DNA from: Octopus vulgaris
Taxonomy: Eukaryota
Length of the DNA: 64,000 nt
Assembly: GCA_951406725.2 (NCBI GenBank)
Contig: OX597819.1
Location: forward strand, 81,902,001 to 81,966,000
Direction: 5' to 3'
This document shows positions 1-13,655 of the stretch, piece by piece (the first letter of the stretch is position 1; each line of letters starts with the position of its first letter). The position numbers and the translations under genes are program-made. The notes under the pieces were generated by a model, which was not told where the DNA came from, did no database searches, and was given only the letters and a program-made list of their open reading frames with translations.

Positions 1-14
1 CAACCGAAATATTA

Positions 15-44
15 CACACACACACACACACACAGACAAACATA

Positions 45-112
<68 letters not shown>

Positions 113-207
113 TATATATACATATATATATGTATATATATATATGTGTGTGTATATATGTGTATATATATATGTGTGTGTATATATATATATATAAAAA
201 TAAATAA

Positions 208-267
<60 letters not shown>
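15..267. repeat. Compound microsatellite (CA)n/(TA)n/(GA)n
   Basis: Directly visible dinucleotide arrays. Confidence 0.95.
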
Positions 268-269
<2 letters not shown>

Positions 270-979
270 AGAGAAACTGAGCGGTAGAGAGGGAAAGAGA
301 ATAGTCTCTTACGCTTGAGTGGGTTACTCATTTTCAATTTACATACCAGGCTTCAAACCAATTTTCTGAAAGTTTTGGTCGTATAGATAGACTCAAATAG
401 GCATTTCAAGAACTTCAGGAAGTTGTAAACCTGCCAGCTATCAATTTATTAAAACCGTACAAATATATCAAGTAATGAATTCCATGCTTGCATTGGTTGC
501 TTCAAAATAGATCTGCAGACTTGGTCTCTTCTGCTCCATTATCTTCGAAACAATTGCTATTTAGCTAAAAATTGCTTGAAAATCATCCAAACGTTTGTAA
601 TATTCTTTTAATCGGTTCAAATTATATTTCGTATTTTTTCATAAATCATTTAATGTGGGGCCGTGTTAAGGCAAACTGTTGCCCTAGACACAGCTTAAAA
701 TAGTTTTCCTCAAACCTTTCATTGTTTAACTGACAAGACATTAAAGGCATATGACTGGTTAATGTAATGCAGTAGATTAAAAATTCTGATGTTTATTTTT
801 ATGTTCAATTATAATAAAAACAATTTTACACTAATTTGATACGTTACTCCATACATCTTTAGAGTACAAAATTAATATTCTTAAATAAGAATATTCTTGA
901 CAGCAACTTCGAAAATTCAGCCAGTTCAACCTGGCTGAGATTTCGAAATCCCTGTCAATAACATTCTTGTTTATGAATA

Positions 980-980
<1 letters not shown>

Positions 981-1010
<30 letters not shown>

Positions 1011-1110
1011 TGTATGTATGTATGTATGTATGTATGTATGTATGCATGTATGCATGTATATATGTATGTATGCATGTATGCATGTATATATGTATGTATG
1101 TATGTATGTG
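981..1110. repeat. (TATG)n microsatellite
   Basis: Directly visible tetranucleotide array; source of the YVCM/HTYI pseudo-ORFs. Confidence 0.95.
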
Positions 1111-1175
1111 TGTATACACACGCACATACACGAGCGCGCACACATATATACATATATCAGTTTGATTCCACATAA

Positions 1176-1900
1176 GTATCCTGTGCGTGTTGGATGTGTC
1201 TATTTTGTCAGATTTTTGGAGTCAGAGTGGAGAATTTGAAGGCAGTTCAAATTGGTCAACTGGCGTTCCTTGGATATAAAATACTATCAAAGAGACATCA
1301 GTTATTTTCTTTGTTTTTAGGTCCATATACTGCAGACAGGATGTTGGCAAGAAGCTGGCGTCACTTTTATGATAGGCTGCTATTTGATATGTCTGGTGAC
1401 ATCATCAGTTCCTTGTATTGGGTGTCGTATGTAGTGGGATAGACAAGATTAGTCATCATTTTGTGGAGTTATAACGATTTAGCGACAGCACCCGTTACAT
1501 AAGAATAACTGTTTAATGACGTTGAGTTACAATTGAGAACAGGCTACCAACGTGAGTAGACTGTAGTCTATAGGGGCATCAGAGATTAAGTAATCTGGCT
1601 TGTGTGTGTGGTGGGGTTAACTGGGCTTAGTGTAAAGTATTCAGGTTGCCGGCAGCCTGAGGCTTGAAGGTTATTAACAGAGCGTTCCTCTGTTGGTAAT
1701 AATTGGATAACTCATTTTTCTTATTGATGGATGCTTCGGGTTGGTGGAATATACGCAGTTTCTCGTGGAGGGAGAGTTAATTAATAAATTATAGGATACA
1801 AGAAACTAAAGAAAGACACTGCGAATAATACTCCATTTGATGCAGATTTAAGTCATTTCAGTAATTCTGGATTCTCAGGATGGAGCGGAAGAGGGAGGTG
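1176..1900 (-). mobile_element. Highly decayed non-LTR retrotransposon (LINE) 3' remnant
   Basis: Minus-strand fragments loosely resemble the LINE C-terminal motif LAQLRT...YL.KID (here ...DKIDTSNTH); many stops and frameshifts. Confidence 0.3.
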
Positions 1901-2083
1901 AAATTTTTCTTATTCCTATATCTGAAGGTATGTATTTGTGTGTATCTTCACTGAAAGTTATTGATTGTCATATCTGTGCAGTGTTTTGAAATGCTGAAAT
2001 GGTGGATCTATAAATTGCGGCATTTCGGAAACAGGATTCTCCCAGTGGGAAGTCAGTGGGATATCGGTGGTTACAGGTTAGGA

Positions 2084-2374
2084 CAGTGGTTTCCAAAGTG
2101 GGCGGTACTGCCCCTCCTGGGGGGGGGCGGTGGAAAGAACCAGGAGGACTTTGAAGAAAAATGGAGCGATAATGGCGTGACCAAAACGGGCAATGGATGT
2201 AAAAATACAAACAAAATAAAGTGTTAAGTAGGTTAAGTTTTATTTTCAAAATACTTTTGTTTTGAATTTGCTGCAAAATATGGTCTATGTTTGTGACGGT
2301 GAGTGAGGGAGGACACTAGGAATGTGGACTTAGAACCAAGGGGACGACATCCTGAAAAAGTTGAGGCACCACTG
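2084..2374. mobile_element. hAT (Charlie-like) MITE, 291 bp
   Basis: Termini CAGTGGTTTCCAAAGTG ... AAAAAGTTGAGGCACCACTG (imperfect TIR); perfect 8-bp TSD GGTTAGGA at 2076-2083 and 2375-2382, with central TA. Confidence 0.9.
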
Positions 2375-3106
2375 GGTTAGGATGTGGAGTTGAGCATGTG
2401 GGAGTAGGTGTTTGTGCCTAATGTAGCGTGCGATGTCCGAAGTGATATTACCTAAAATAATATCGCTTAAAACATCGCATGCTATCCCATTGCTGCCGCA
2501 AAAGGTACACTTCTTTAATGAACTGCAAGCCTCTGGCCGCTTAGAATCCAGATATCGTGCCTTAGGCCTAGCTTATTATTCCCTCACTCACACACAGCGG
2601 CAGGGTGCATTATTCTTGCTCCCATACAGGCTACAGCACACGCGCAGTTCAAGCTTCCTTACTTGTAAATCAACGCCATTAAAAGGTTACTCCTATATAA
2701 CGATGGCAGACACTAATATGTTGAAACTTTACCAGTTGGTGCTGTTAAGTCAGACATGACTTGGAACAATACCGACAGAAATACATTAATGATTTAGCTA
2801 AGTTTAAGTCCGAGCATGTAGAACTAAATACAAATATTCAACACATCTTTTTATTAAGATTTGCCACGCAGCCCATGATAACTACGATACTGAAACATAC
2901 TTGATGGCATCTTCGCACTTGGTACATTTTGCAAAATGGTTAATATGGTCTGATAGTAGGACTTCAACAGGATAATAATCTAAGATGGTACATCATTAAT
3001 AATAAAATATTTGGAGCAATTTGTTTGCAGACAACTCTGCATATGTATGTATGTATGTATTATGTGGCTGTGTATCTGTGTGTGTATGTATGTGAATATG
3101 TGTGTA

Positions 3107-3159
<53 letters not shown>

Positions 3160-3179
3160 ATGTATGTATATATGTACCT

Positions 3180-3340
3180 ATTCTTATACTTGTTTCAAAC
3201 TATGCTGGGGACACCACCTTGACGAATTTGAGTCGAATGAATTGACCTTATTTTAACTTTTTAAAGTCTGGTACATATTTTGTCAGTTTCTATTGCAGAA
3301 CTGTAAGTGTACAGGGATGTAAATGCACCAACACCGGGTA
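3180..3340 (-). mobile_element. SINE 3' half (same family as 4808-5180)
   Basis: Reverse complement of the tail ...CCAGCAT...TGAAACAAGTA..AGAATA and of the GGTGTTGGTG..TTTACATCCC core. Confidence 0.6.
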
Positions 3341-3765
3341 TATCCCCAAAATATTAGTTCTAAAATCTCACTCAGGCTCAGCTGCAGTTTAATTGGTTGT
3401 TAATGTCCGTATAATGGAAAAAATGGTTTCCTTTACGAACTGAACGTAAAGTTTAAACACTCCTTTCGAGGACAACGAAGTACATGGCTGAATTGTTCAC
3501 CTCTGTCACGCTATCGGTTTTCCTGCATGACAGCACCGCATCAATGGCAGGGATCTGCTTCTTCTTGTGTATCCAGAAGATTGTAATCTTTTAAAAATAT
3601 GACTGCTGCTTTCTCTGTCAAGATGATACATGTATAAAAATCTTTCAGCAACATTTCAATATAAGGTAAACCGCAAGTGGAAAGGCGAAGTGATAACGAG
3701 TAGTTTTTAAGGTAGACAACTCTGGCTATACTGTTTGACAACGTGGTGGACCACACACTATACTA

Positions 3766-3817
<52 letters not shown>

Positions 3818-4079
3818 ATTAATTTAATTTTGTAATACTTGCATTATGCACAATGCTATATCTTCTTGATATTTGAAAGTTAATATCACTACAGCGCTCG
3901 ATATCTTGAAAGACTCAGCTAATCAAATATATATTAAGTTGATTTGAATATCTAAATATACTAGAAATGACATATCAATAGTGACTATTACATGCATACA
4001 TATGCGTATGTATATATGTATGTATGTACATCTATGTGTGCATATGCTTTCTGTGCGAATGGTTTTTTTATACGGCGGC

Positions 4080-4130
<51 letters not shown>

Positions 4131-4136
4131 CATACA

Positions 4137-4170
<34 letters not shown>

Positions 4171-4237
4171 AGTGTATCTATAGAGATACACACTGATATA
4201 TTTATATGACTTTATGTATATAGCTGTAGATACATGC

Positions 4238-4274
<37 letters not shown>

Positions 4275-4807
4275 CATACACGTGTGTGTGGGAGTATGTG
4301 GGTGCGTGCGTGTTTCGTGTGTGCATGTGTGTATTGTATGTATTTGTTCGAAAGTATTTGGGACAAGTGGCTATACTTTTACAATAGATTCAGTTTAGAC
4401 AGCAACGAATGAAATATTTTGGGATGGGTTTTATTGTTTGCTTAGATCTTCAATGATGGCCTGATTGCCATACTTTGCACTCTCACGTATTGCCGTTTGA
4501 GAATCTTAATGTTTATTTACTCAGCTGTTTTAGATATGGATTTGGGAGATATAAAAACAACTTAGCTGTGTTTCTAATAGAAAATGAACAAAAAAGCAAT
4601 TAAAAAAATAAAGGTTATCACTCGTCAATTCACATTATAAATGAATTTCACGAATAAAATTATTAACAATTATTAGTCTGACGTCTAAAAGATTCTCAAA
4701 TCCTTATTTATTCAATGAAAAGTATTCTTTTATATACTACTTTCTACGTAGATATAATCATATCAATAAGTATGCTTAAGTATATGAAATTTTGAAGTAA
4801 AATACAC

Positions 4808-5180
4808 AGTAGCTGTGTGGTAAGAAGCTTGCTTCCCAACCACATGGTTCCGGGTTCAGTCCTACTGCGTGGCACCTTGGGCAAGTGTCTTCTGCTATAG
4901 CCCCGGGCCGACTAAAGTGTGGATTTGGTAGACGGAAACTGAAAAAAGCCCGTCGTATATATATCTATATCTATATATATGTATGTATGTGTTTCTTGTT
5001 TGTATCTATGTTTGTCCCCACAACATCGCTTGACAACCGATGCTGGTGTGTCTACGTCCCCGTAGAGATTGATAGAATAAGTACTAGGCTTACAAAGAAT
5101 AAGTCCTGGGGTCGATTTTATTCGACTAAACGTTATGTTCCAGCATGACCGCAGTCAAATGACTGAAACAAGTGAAAAAG
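4808..5180 (+). mobile_element. tRNA-derived SINE (octopus-type) with internal TA/TG microsatellite
   Basis: A box TAGCTGTGTGG, B box GGTTCAGTCC, body GCACCTTGGGCAAGTGTCTT, tail CAGCATGACCGCAGTCAAATGACTGAAACAAGT; homologous copy at 37432-38266. Confidence 0.85.
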
Positions 5181-7348
5181 TATACTATAAATGTGCATGA
5201 AACATTGCAATGTACCTGTTTCTTGGTATAAAATTTCACAACTGAATGCTTACTTTTCTAGATCCTACTGTGTATTCGACTTCAACTTTGTTTTCAAGCA
5301 TTAATGTTTCTTGCTAGCATAGCTCCGACTGCATTTCACCATCACTCATAGAATTCATCATTACTATCATCCGTGTCGTCAACTCAACCTTACCCTCTCT
5401 TTTTCTTCAACGTCGTTGGTGTCGGTAGTGTGAGGGGCGACTTCTATGGCCATAGCAACATGAACAACTGTAATAGCAACACGAGGAACAACAATATTTG
5501 ACAACTAAGAACGAAACATTCACATCCATATAATACAAATCCAAATGCACACACGCACACATACACACAGAGACAAACACACACAGACACACATACATAC
5601 ATACGTACATACACACACATACATACGTACGTACTCACACTCACACATATATATTAGTACCTATAGATCAAATCCTATTAAAGAATATACCCCCAAACCA
5701 TAAAATGACAACGTATGCAATAGTATAAATATCAAAGTAAAAAATAACTTAAATTTCACAATAATCTAGAAAGTTTAGCTAAACGCAAAACACGTCACAG
5801 TCATACATAGTTTTGTCACCAAGTATACATGCAGATTAATGAATTCTGCAAAAGCTCTAAAGAAATTAATTAGCACGACAATCTAAAGTTAACAGCAATA
5901 TTTAGAAGCCAAGCAATCTCCAACAATGGAATACCTGCTTTAAGCACATCGATAATAAAAAAAAAGAGCACAACTTTACCAAATTCTATATTGTTGAATT
6001 TTATCATTGTCTCACGAAACAACTACTTATTACCGCTCTAAAATTTGCTAAGATACATAACAATATAGCTGATGATATAACTATACACGGGTCTTGACAG
6101 AAATTCTGCCTAAGTGAAAAAGGAGGGACCATAAACGTCAGTAGAGTGCATTTCAAGAATGGGAGATAATGTAATATTGCTTTTTTTGTCTCAAAAAGAA
6201 ATTCACCACCTTAAATATAGGGTATTAAGAAATGATCGAATTAATACATCAAATTATCCCAATGGTCTTACGTCACTTTCACTGAGAAAAAAATCTTATC
6301 GATAGCTTCAGTAATTTTGACATAAAAGCAAATAATACCAATAAGTCCCCCAAGTTTCTTGGGGTACTCTCTACCTAAATGCAAGCGAATATAAACCACA
6401 TAGAAAACACATTGAAAAACTCACATATATTTATATAGATTCCTGTCATTTGCTCATAGTTTTCAGAATCCTAATAAAATCAGTAGAAATATTTTTAGCC
6501 TGGCATTTATAGAAATATCTTCAATAATTTAATAAAGCTCTGAAAGCAAGTGGATTAAAAAATAAGATCACATATATCCCTAACCCCTTCACTATCATAT
6601 ACTAAGATGAGACACTGCCAAGTTATCTAGTCTACATCTCCCTTCTTAACCGTTAAATCTAACATAGCTAAAAAAAAAAAAAAAAACGTCTGAGCTTTAA
6701 CAATCATTTCCCCATTATCCCCCAATAGAGAAAAGTGCCTAATGAAAATAAACTTAAACTGAGTTACAGCTGTACCATCAATGCGGAAATCTTAATTACA
6801 AGCTAACCAATTAAAGAAAACGAGACCAACTGCATCTATAGAAATAGAAATGCATGGATTTTCAGTTGGTGATGTAACGCTGAAGCGATTATCTACGAGG
6901 TATAGATTACCTCCACCTAACCAAACCAACCCAAACCTAAAGTAATTTTTATGAACGATACTACAACCACAGCCCTTTCTAAAGAAACTTCGAAAGAAAG
7001 ACCGAAACAAAACTATCTAATTACTTCTGGTATTTGAAAGATTTTATTACTATTTTCATCTCATTAACTTTCAAAATATCTTCCTTGTACGATAGAAAAC
7101 TGCATTCATTGATACCTTCCTCATTTACACAATAACAACTTTCTATGACAGCCCATTTTCATGGACTGGAAACAAAAAGTTTGAGTATGACTGTGATGAT
7201 CGCTTCGCATTTAACTAAACATCGTAAATTATTGCCTAAGTAGGAAATAACTTTGAGTTTAAATGCATTATCACTGACGACGTACAATATGATTTAATAG
7301 ATTTCGCCCTACAATATGTATTGAGTACTTGAACAACTATAACCTATA

Positions 7349-7476
7349 ATGTATGTATGTATGTATTTACGTATGTATGTATGTATGTATGTATGTATGT
7401 ATGTATGTATGTATGTATGTATGTATGTATGTATGTATGTATGTATGTATGTATGAATGTATGTATGTATGTATGT
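7349..7476. repeat. (TATG)n microsatellite
   Basis: Directly visible. Confidence 0.95.
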
Positions 7477-8121
7477 CTGGTCGGTCTTGGGCGCTACTAG
7501 TAACATGTAGCCCAGTACAACCTGCTGCATGATCGGGTCGTTAGTGACTAAACTGGCAAACTCCATCAAGCTTGCTTGGTGAGAAGGGTGGTTGTTGGAA
7601 ATCTGCAGAACGAAAAATAAGACCTGTCAAATGGCGGAAGAGCTCATGAGTAGTCAAAGGCCATCCAACAATATGTGTACATGTGTATGTATGCATAATT
7701 GTATGCGCGGAGAGGTGGAAATACCTGGGTTGGTGTTCAGGCGTGCGGTTGGCCCAATGGGAGTGGGAAGCTCCTTTGTTGTTGTCACGACATCTTAGGT
7801 GAGAGAAACTCTGAGGGAAAACCTGCGACGCTGACAATATTCGATGATGTAGAATAGTTCTTGTGGGATTGGATATGTACATATCCTTTCCCCCACAATA
7901 AAAAAATCATCATGCACATGTATCGCTTGAAAAATGTAAGATCTATCATAAAATGGCTGGTCGTAGCATTCGTATGTGTAGGGCTTTAAATCAGGTGATG
8001 ACAATAACCGAACACGAGTTTACAGGCATCATGTATGTATGTATGTATGTATGTATGTATGTATGTATGTATGTATGTATGTATGTATGTATGTATGTAT
8101 GTATTTATGTATGTATGTATA

Positions 8122-8200
8122 AACTTACTTATCCCCTTCGCCCTTGTCTACCTATGGAGCACAGATCATTAACGTCTTTTCTCCACTGTGGTTTTCAGTG
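8122..8200 (-). mobile_element. RTE-clade LINE extreme 3' end
   Basis: Minus strand reads QWRKDVNDLCSIGRQGRRG* followed by TAAGTAAG tail, resembling RTE termini (WR..V..LCS). Confidence 0.55.
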
Positions 8201-8649
8201 TCTGCAGTTTGTTATTTTTCTTGAGAGGTGAGTGGGCTCTTATGCCAACCGATTTCTGCTCTGGGAAGAGGTGGCCCACGTTAGTGTGGCCTCTATCATA
8301 TGACCTGTAGGTCAGAGAAGCTTTACGAAGAGTTTCTGCTCTGTTGGTATAGCTCTCTGTGTCAATCAGGCACACAGGCAATCACATCGCAACAAGGGTT
8401 GGACCCAGTGGTAGATTTTTTTAATATAAAAGGCGACAAGAATAAGAGCAACATTCTCAGTAATTTGAGCCCCAGGAAAATCTATTGCATTTCATGAGCC
8501 CAAACTGTGTCAAACGAATAGTATCAAAAAACTGGTTACAAATAGTGTAGTCATTGAAATAAAATACTGGTGGTTCAAATGGTTAAGAATGGGACACTAA
8601 AGGTTCGTTATGAGTCTATTATGCATATATGCAAGAATTACATTTACGT

Positions 8650-10560
8650 TTCTTTTGTAATTATTTGAATTCTTCCTATATGTAAGGATCTGGTTTCTCA
8701 CAAAAAAGAAATTCTCTTTTGCTGAAAATTGGATAACGAAAACAGGAAGTGTCACATGCTGAACTTCAAGAAAATTCTCCATACTTTTACCGTTTCACTC
8801 ACTGGTTATATTTCTAAAGTGCGTATTAGCTGCTCACTTTCTTTACCATGGAACTCCAGGTTTTCCAAATTGTCACTTAGACATTTAGTAACATAAATGA
8901 ATGTACAAATAATTATAGGTATATAGGTAAATACATAATCTGGGTACAGGAGCTCTAGGTTTTGAAGCAGTTGTCCATAAATATTCCTTCTCTCACTAAT
9001 TTTGAAAGAAATGGTCTTCTTTGTAGGGAGTTAACCACTATAACTGCACGAAAATATTCTTTTCTGCGCCAAATAAACTATATTACAGTTTGATATTGCA
9101 TATTTAATGAGAATTTCGATACAAATGTTCCATCAATATTCATTGTGTTGATATGCATGCATTCAATAACAGGAATAGTTTCTATATTCATTTCAGTTCA
9201 GTCTGTCTTAGTAATGGTACTGTATATTGTTTTTGTATCAACATCCTGCTGCGTTGCAACGTAATAACTTCATGGGATTTGGGGGAAGTTATTATGTGTG
9301 TACATAATACCTTCTACAGAAATACATTTTAGGCCGCATCGGAGAGACTGAAGTCTTCACATTTTCTCTTGTTTATTAGATATTTTATATGTTTTCTTTG
9401 CTCTTAGATTTCAAAAACAATAACCTTTTAAATGTAAGGTTACATGTAACGGTTACAACTCCCTGTGAATGGTTATGGTTACATTCCCTGTTAATGTTAA
9501 CATCATCCTCAAGTTTACGGGGGCTACATTATGCTTAATCATTTTTGCATGCAGGCAGTTTCTCTTCCAGATCTTTGTTGAGATACACAAGTGCAGCGAA
9601 TTTGGTGCTGCACTGAGATGATCAAGAAGTCGGTATTTCGTAGAGAGTTCACTACCAAATTCTGTTACTATATCAGCTAAAAGATGCTGTTACTAAATTC
9701 GGTTATTTCAGCAGTTTCTCAGTATTTTAAATATTCTTAGTATAGATCTTGAAAGTCTTCAGAAAATATGACTAGTTACATGGCAGTTTGTGGAACCGAA
9801 TTGATAACCATTTGATTTTTGTAAAAGAAATAGCAGAGGATTTAGTGACTAAAATAAACACGGAAAACGCTCTTTCATTGAAATAATGAGGATTGCTGAG
9901 TAGATCTTAGTAAAACTTTCAATGGCACCAACGACCATGAATAAGAAATAGAATTGGTTGCATCTCTTTAATCAAGCCATACCATCGCCAGGTTATTGCA
10001 GTGTTTTCTTATTTCAGACTGTCCAGCTTATTTAGTAAAAGTTGCACGGCACATCTCCATACTTTCTTGTTTTTTTTTCAGCATGCCTGTTTTTGTCTTT
10101 GAGAAATTGTTTGAGACAACTTGTGTAACAATTTTCAACCAAGTTAGTGTTTATAATCTTAGTTACATGATTTGTTCGTGCTGTCATAAGCCCATGTGGT
10201 ATGATAATCTGCTTTTTCCTAGTACGTGTTAAGGATTTACTGCCGAACGTCGTCTTTAAATAGTATCCAACGGTTATGTCTTTTCTTGGTGCCTTCCCAT
10301 TATACAACTTTCTTACAGACTGGTAAAAAGCTGATTTTGTATGCTTTACTGTTCGTACGGATACAGAAGTCTATTTTCATGGTTTCTAGCCTTGACGGAC
10401 TCGGATTCGCATTCACTTTTTTTATAATTTTTATCAAAATATTGTTTTTCTTCACCCTCAGATATATTGATTGGAAATAAATTTACACTTAATGCTGGTT
10501 CGCTGAAATATTTTTCCAATAACAGTTTCTCACCCAATGTCTTCAGTTCTTATATTAAAG
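8650..10560 (-). mobile_element. Decayed R4/Dong-like RLE non-LTR retrotransposon, copy A (RT plus endonuclease)
   Basis: RT fragments KAPRKDITVGYYLK, LMTART and NNLAMVWLD; the 8760-9160 region parallels copies B and C (GAAGCAGTTGTCCATA, AATATTCATTGTGTTGATATG); shared 3' UTR motif AACCAG.TCCTT...GAATTCAAATAATTA. Confidence 0.7.
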
Positions 10561-10889
10561 TTCTTAATTTCCCCTCTAGGAATCAACGTGTGAACTTCGT
10601 ACTATTTTGTCATTTTTTTCATAAACGTATTTAGCGTGCTGCGAACTTACTCACTCTACACATTATGATAGTGTTAAAATGTGATGGATTGCGCCGTAGG
10701 GTACTGATGTATTTTCTTTGCCTTGTTATCCGACAGAGCTGCATACTTTAATTTGCTTCATTACGGCGTGCAGTGAAAAATATCTCTTAGGTATTCTTTT
10801 AATAAAATAACGGTGCAATACGTGTTACCACATATTTTAATTTGTCCTCCTCTTCCCCATAAAAATTCGTATCTATGTATGCATTTTGT

Positions 10890-11017
10890 ACATAAATACA
10901 TACATACATATATACATACATACATACATACATAATTCATACATACATACATACATACATACATACATGCACATGTATGTATGCGTGTATATATATCTAT
11001 CTATGTATCTATGTATG
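10890..11017. repeat. (CATA)n followed by (TATG)-like microsatellite
   Basis: Directly visible. Confidence 0.9.
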
Positions 11018-11974
11018 TCTCATCTATTTTTTAATTTTCCACTGAGGAGGGAGCCGGTTTCCAACAAAGATAATAGGCTCCATCTTTGGGATGTAGTTAA
11101 CAGAGACTAATTCACATTTGAAACTTGAGAAAAGTCTTGCATATTTTTACTGTTCCACTCACAGATTGGACTTGTAATGTACGCATCAGCCGGTCAATTT
11201 CTCTTTCTGAAAATCCCAGTTTATCCAGATTCCCCTTTAAGCATTCACTAACAAAACGTAGGGCTCCAGTTATTATTGGTATGAATATGAATTCATAGTC
11301 TGGATATAGAAGCTGGAAGGTTCGAAGCAGTTGTCCATAGATATACTCTTTTTCTTTGAATTCCAAAAAGATATTCATATCTGCAGGGCAGCTAACCTCT
11401 ATGATGGTACACACCTTTACCCCTCTGTCTCAAACAACAATATCAGGCCTGTTATGGTTACGTTAGACAGAAGTTTTGATGGGAATATTCCAGCAGTATT
11501 CCTTGAGTTGGTGTTTATAAAAGTATTTCATAACAGGGATTTTCTAAGCTTATTTCAGGACAGTCGCTTTTGCTATGGCATTGTAAATAGTTTTAGCAAC
11601 AACATCGTGCCGCATAGTGAGGTAGTACCGTAACGACATTTTAAAACAGCTGCTAATTGTAGAAGCATCACATAGCCTACACATGCGGTTGCACCTTGGG
11701 ATTACAAGAGCATCACTGTCTCTTTTGTTCGCCAGATACTTTGTGGCAATCTTCTGTTCCTAGATTGCAAACGCCTGGCCTTCAAAGTGTGATGTGATGT
11801 AGTGGTCTTGTGTCCAAGAGAGTCTGCGCTTCGTGTCAATTCTACTGTCTTCTTCAAGCTTCCGGCAACATACCCATGCATGGTCTTTTTTGTATGCTGA
11901 GTGCTTTCCATCCAGGTCTTCTCTGAGGTAAGAGAGCCCAGCTGTTTTGGGTCTGTATAGATCATCAGGAAGAG
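11018..11974 (-). mobile_element. R4/Dong-like RLE non-LTR retrotransposon 3' part, copy B
   Basis: ITSHFEGQAFAI, degenerate CCHC knuckle, RYYLTMRHDVV, HNRPDIVV*D...CTIIEVSCP (PD..D/E-K-type restriction-like endonuclease), IPIITGAL, SVSGTVKICKTFLKF; 5'-truncated. Confidence 0.85.
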
Positions 11975-12135
11975 ATGTATGTATGTATGTATGTATGTAT
12001 GTATGTATGTATGTATGTATGTATGCATGTATGTATGTACGTATGCATGCATTTATGTACGTACGTATGCACGCATGCATGCATGTATGTATATATGAAT
12101 GTGTGCATATATGTATGCATGCATGTCTGTATGTA
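11975..12135. repeat. (TATG)n microsatellite at the 5' junction of RLE copy B
   Basis: Directly visible. Confidence 0.95.
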
Positions 12136-12423
12136 TGAAGATATGTACGTACTCGTGCATGTACAAATATGTACGTACTCATATAAGTACATATATTTGC
12201 AAATGTGTATGCGTGTGCATGTGCACGCTTGTAAAATTGCATTTACTTATAAAACACTGTGGTCCTTGGTTCCATCTCTCTACGGTTACTCTGTAGCTCG
12301 TGTTGATTAATAGTTAGTGGGAAGAATGTGACATGAATGAACTGCCACACACATACACACATGCATCGTATATATATGAGAACTAGTTAACACAGATGTA
12401 TATTATTTAACAATTGCTTAGAG

Positions 12424-12563
12424 AAATTAGAAGCGTGTGTTTAAAGAGTGACTTTAAAATATTTTTAATCTATACAAATTTTACAGTCATCTTTGTCAGA
12501 TCAGCTTCATGCGAAGTTGTATGAAAATTGTATGATGGTAGTGACGGTGGCATAAGAATGTGC

Positions 12564-12598
<35 letters not shown>

Positions 12599-12650
12599 AG
12601 GATGCATGTATACAAGCTTGAAGGTAATATGTATTTCTCTCTTTCTCCTT

Positions 12651-12705
<55 letters not shown>

Positions 12706-12849
12706 CACACACACATATGCATACGCATATACCTATTCGCATGTGTCTTTTAATTATTTGAATTCTCTCTAGAAGGAAGAAGCTGGTTTTTACGAAGAAA
12801 CAAAGAGGCGAAGCACTGTCGTCAAAGTTTGGGTAACAATAAAAACAAG
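12424..12849 (+). repeat. ~430-bp direct duplication, copy 1 (copy 2 at 19378-19811)
   Basis: Matches from AAATTAGAAGCGTGTG to GGGTAACAATAAAAACAAG; by eye, differs only in microsatellite unit counts. Confidence 0.95.
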
Positions 12850-13260
12850 TCTCAAATGCTGAGCTGTGGAAATGTCTTGCATATATTTACTGTTCCGCTT
12901 TGAAATTTCTATTTGTAAACTGTGTGTTGAGTTGTCTTTGAGTTGTGTATGGTATTTCTTTGTCTGAAAATCCAAACTTTTCTGGACTTTTACATAAACA
13001 TTTACTAACAAAGCCAAGTGCATCAGTAATTATTGGTATAAATGTGAATTTATAACCATCTGTATGAATTCTCTTTTTCACTGATTTTGGAAGAAATATT
13101 CTCATCTACAGGACAGCTGATCACAGCGGCTATAGAAACTTTTCCTGATAATTATATCAGCTCTTTAAATTTTGCACACGTTACAAGTTTTGAGGGGAAT
13201 GTTCCAGTAATATTCATTGTGTTGATATGTATTGAATTACAAAAGCACTGTCTATAGTTT
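12740..13260 (-). mobile_element. R4/Dong-like RLE element 3' fragment, copy C, interrupted at 13261 by the Gypsy LTR
   Basis: YKFTFIPIITDALGFVSKCL...EKFGFSDKEI; GTVNICKTF; shared 3' UTR motif. Confidence 0.8.
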
Positions 13261-13557
13261 TGTTGTAAAGTAGGTTCCTCCTACTGGTGTGATGTGTGAC
13301 TGCCGTACAACGATAGTAGCCACAATATTTACGCTAGTAGTTATCGGATACCGTTGCATCTCTTCGTAACGGAACAGTAAAACACTAATTTCTTCTGTCT
13401 TACTATCGCTGATAGCACCACAAGACATAGACTAGAACTGTCGACTCTCAACTCTTCGATTCTCGACCCTCTCTTGACGACCGGCTACTGGTCTATTTAT
13501 AACGTCTGGTTTCTACCACTTTTTACTAGGTGGGGTATACAGTTTCACTATACAACA
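13261..13557 (-). repeat. Gypsy 3' LTR (297 bp)
   Basis: TGTTGTA...TACAACA inverted termini; adjacent polypurine tract. Confidence 0.92.
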
Positions 13558-13655
13558 TCTCCCCTGTTAATTATTTTATTTAATTTCTTTTATTCATTCC
13601 CAACTCCTTTTTTTTAAAATATATAATACATGTCTTTTCGTCACAGGACCTACTC

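Noticed and set aside
310-960. Possible Penelope GIY-YIG end (minus-strand ..[10 protein letters not shown])
   Set aside because: Only a vague terminal resemblance; no upstream motifs recoverable
4808-4870. tRNA gene (A and B boxes)
   Set aside because: No complete cloverleaf; continues into a SINE body with other copies in the window
5900-6750. Possible ancient LINE remnant (PKFLGV motif)
   Set aside because: A single short motif; too decayed to support
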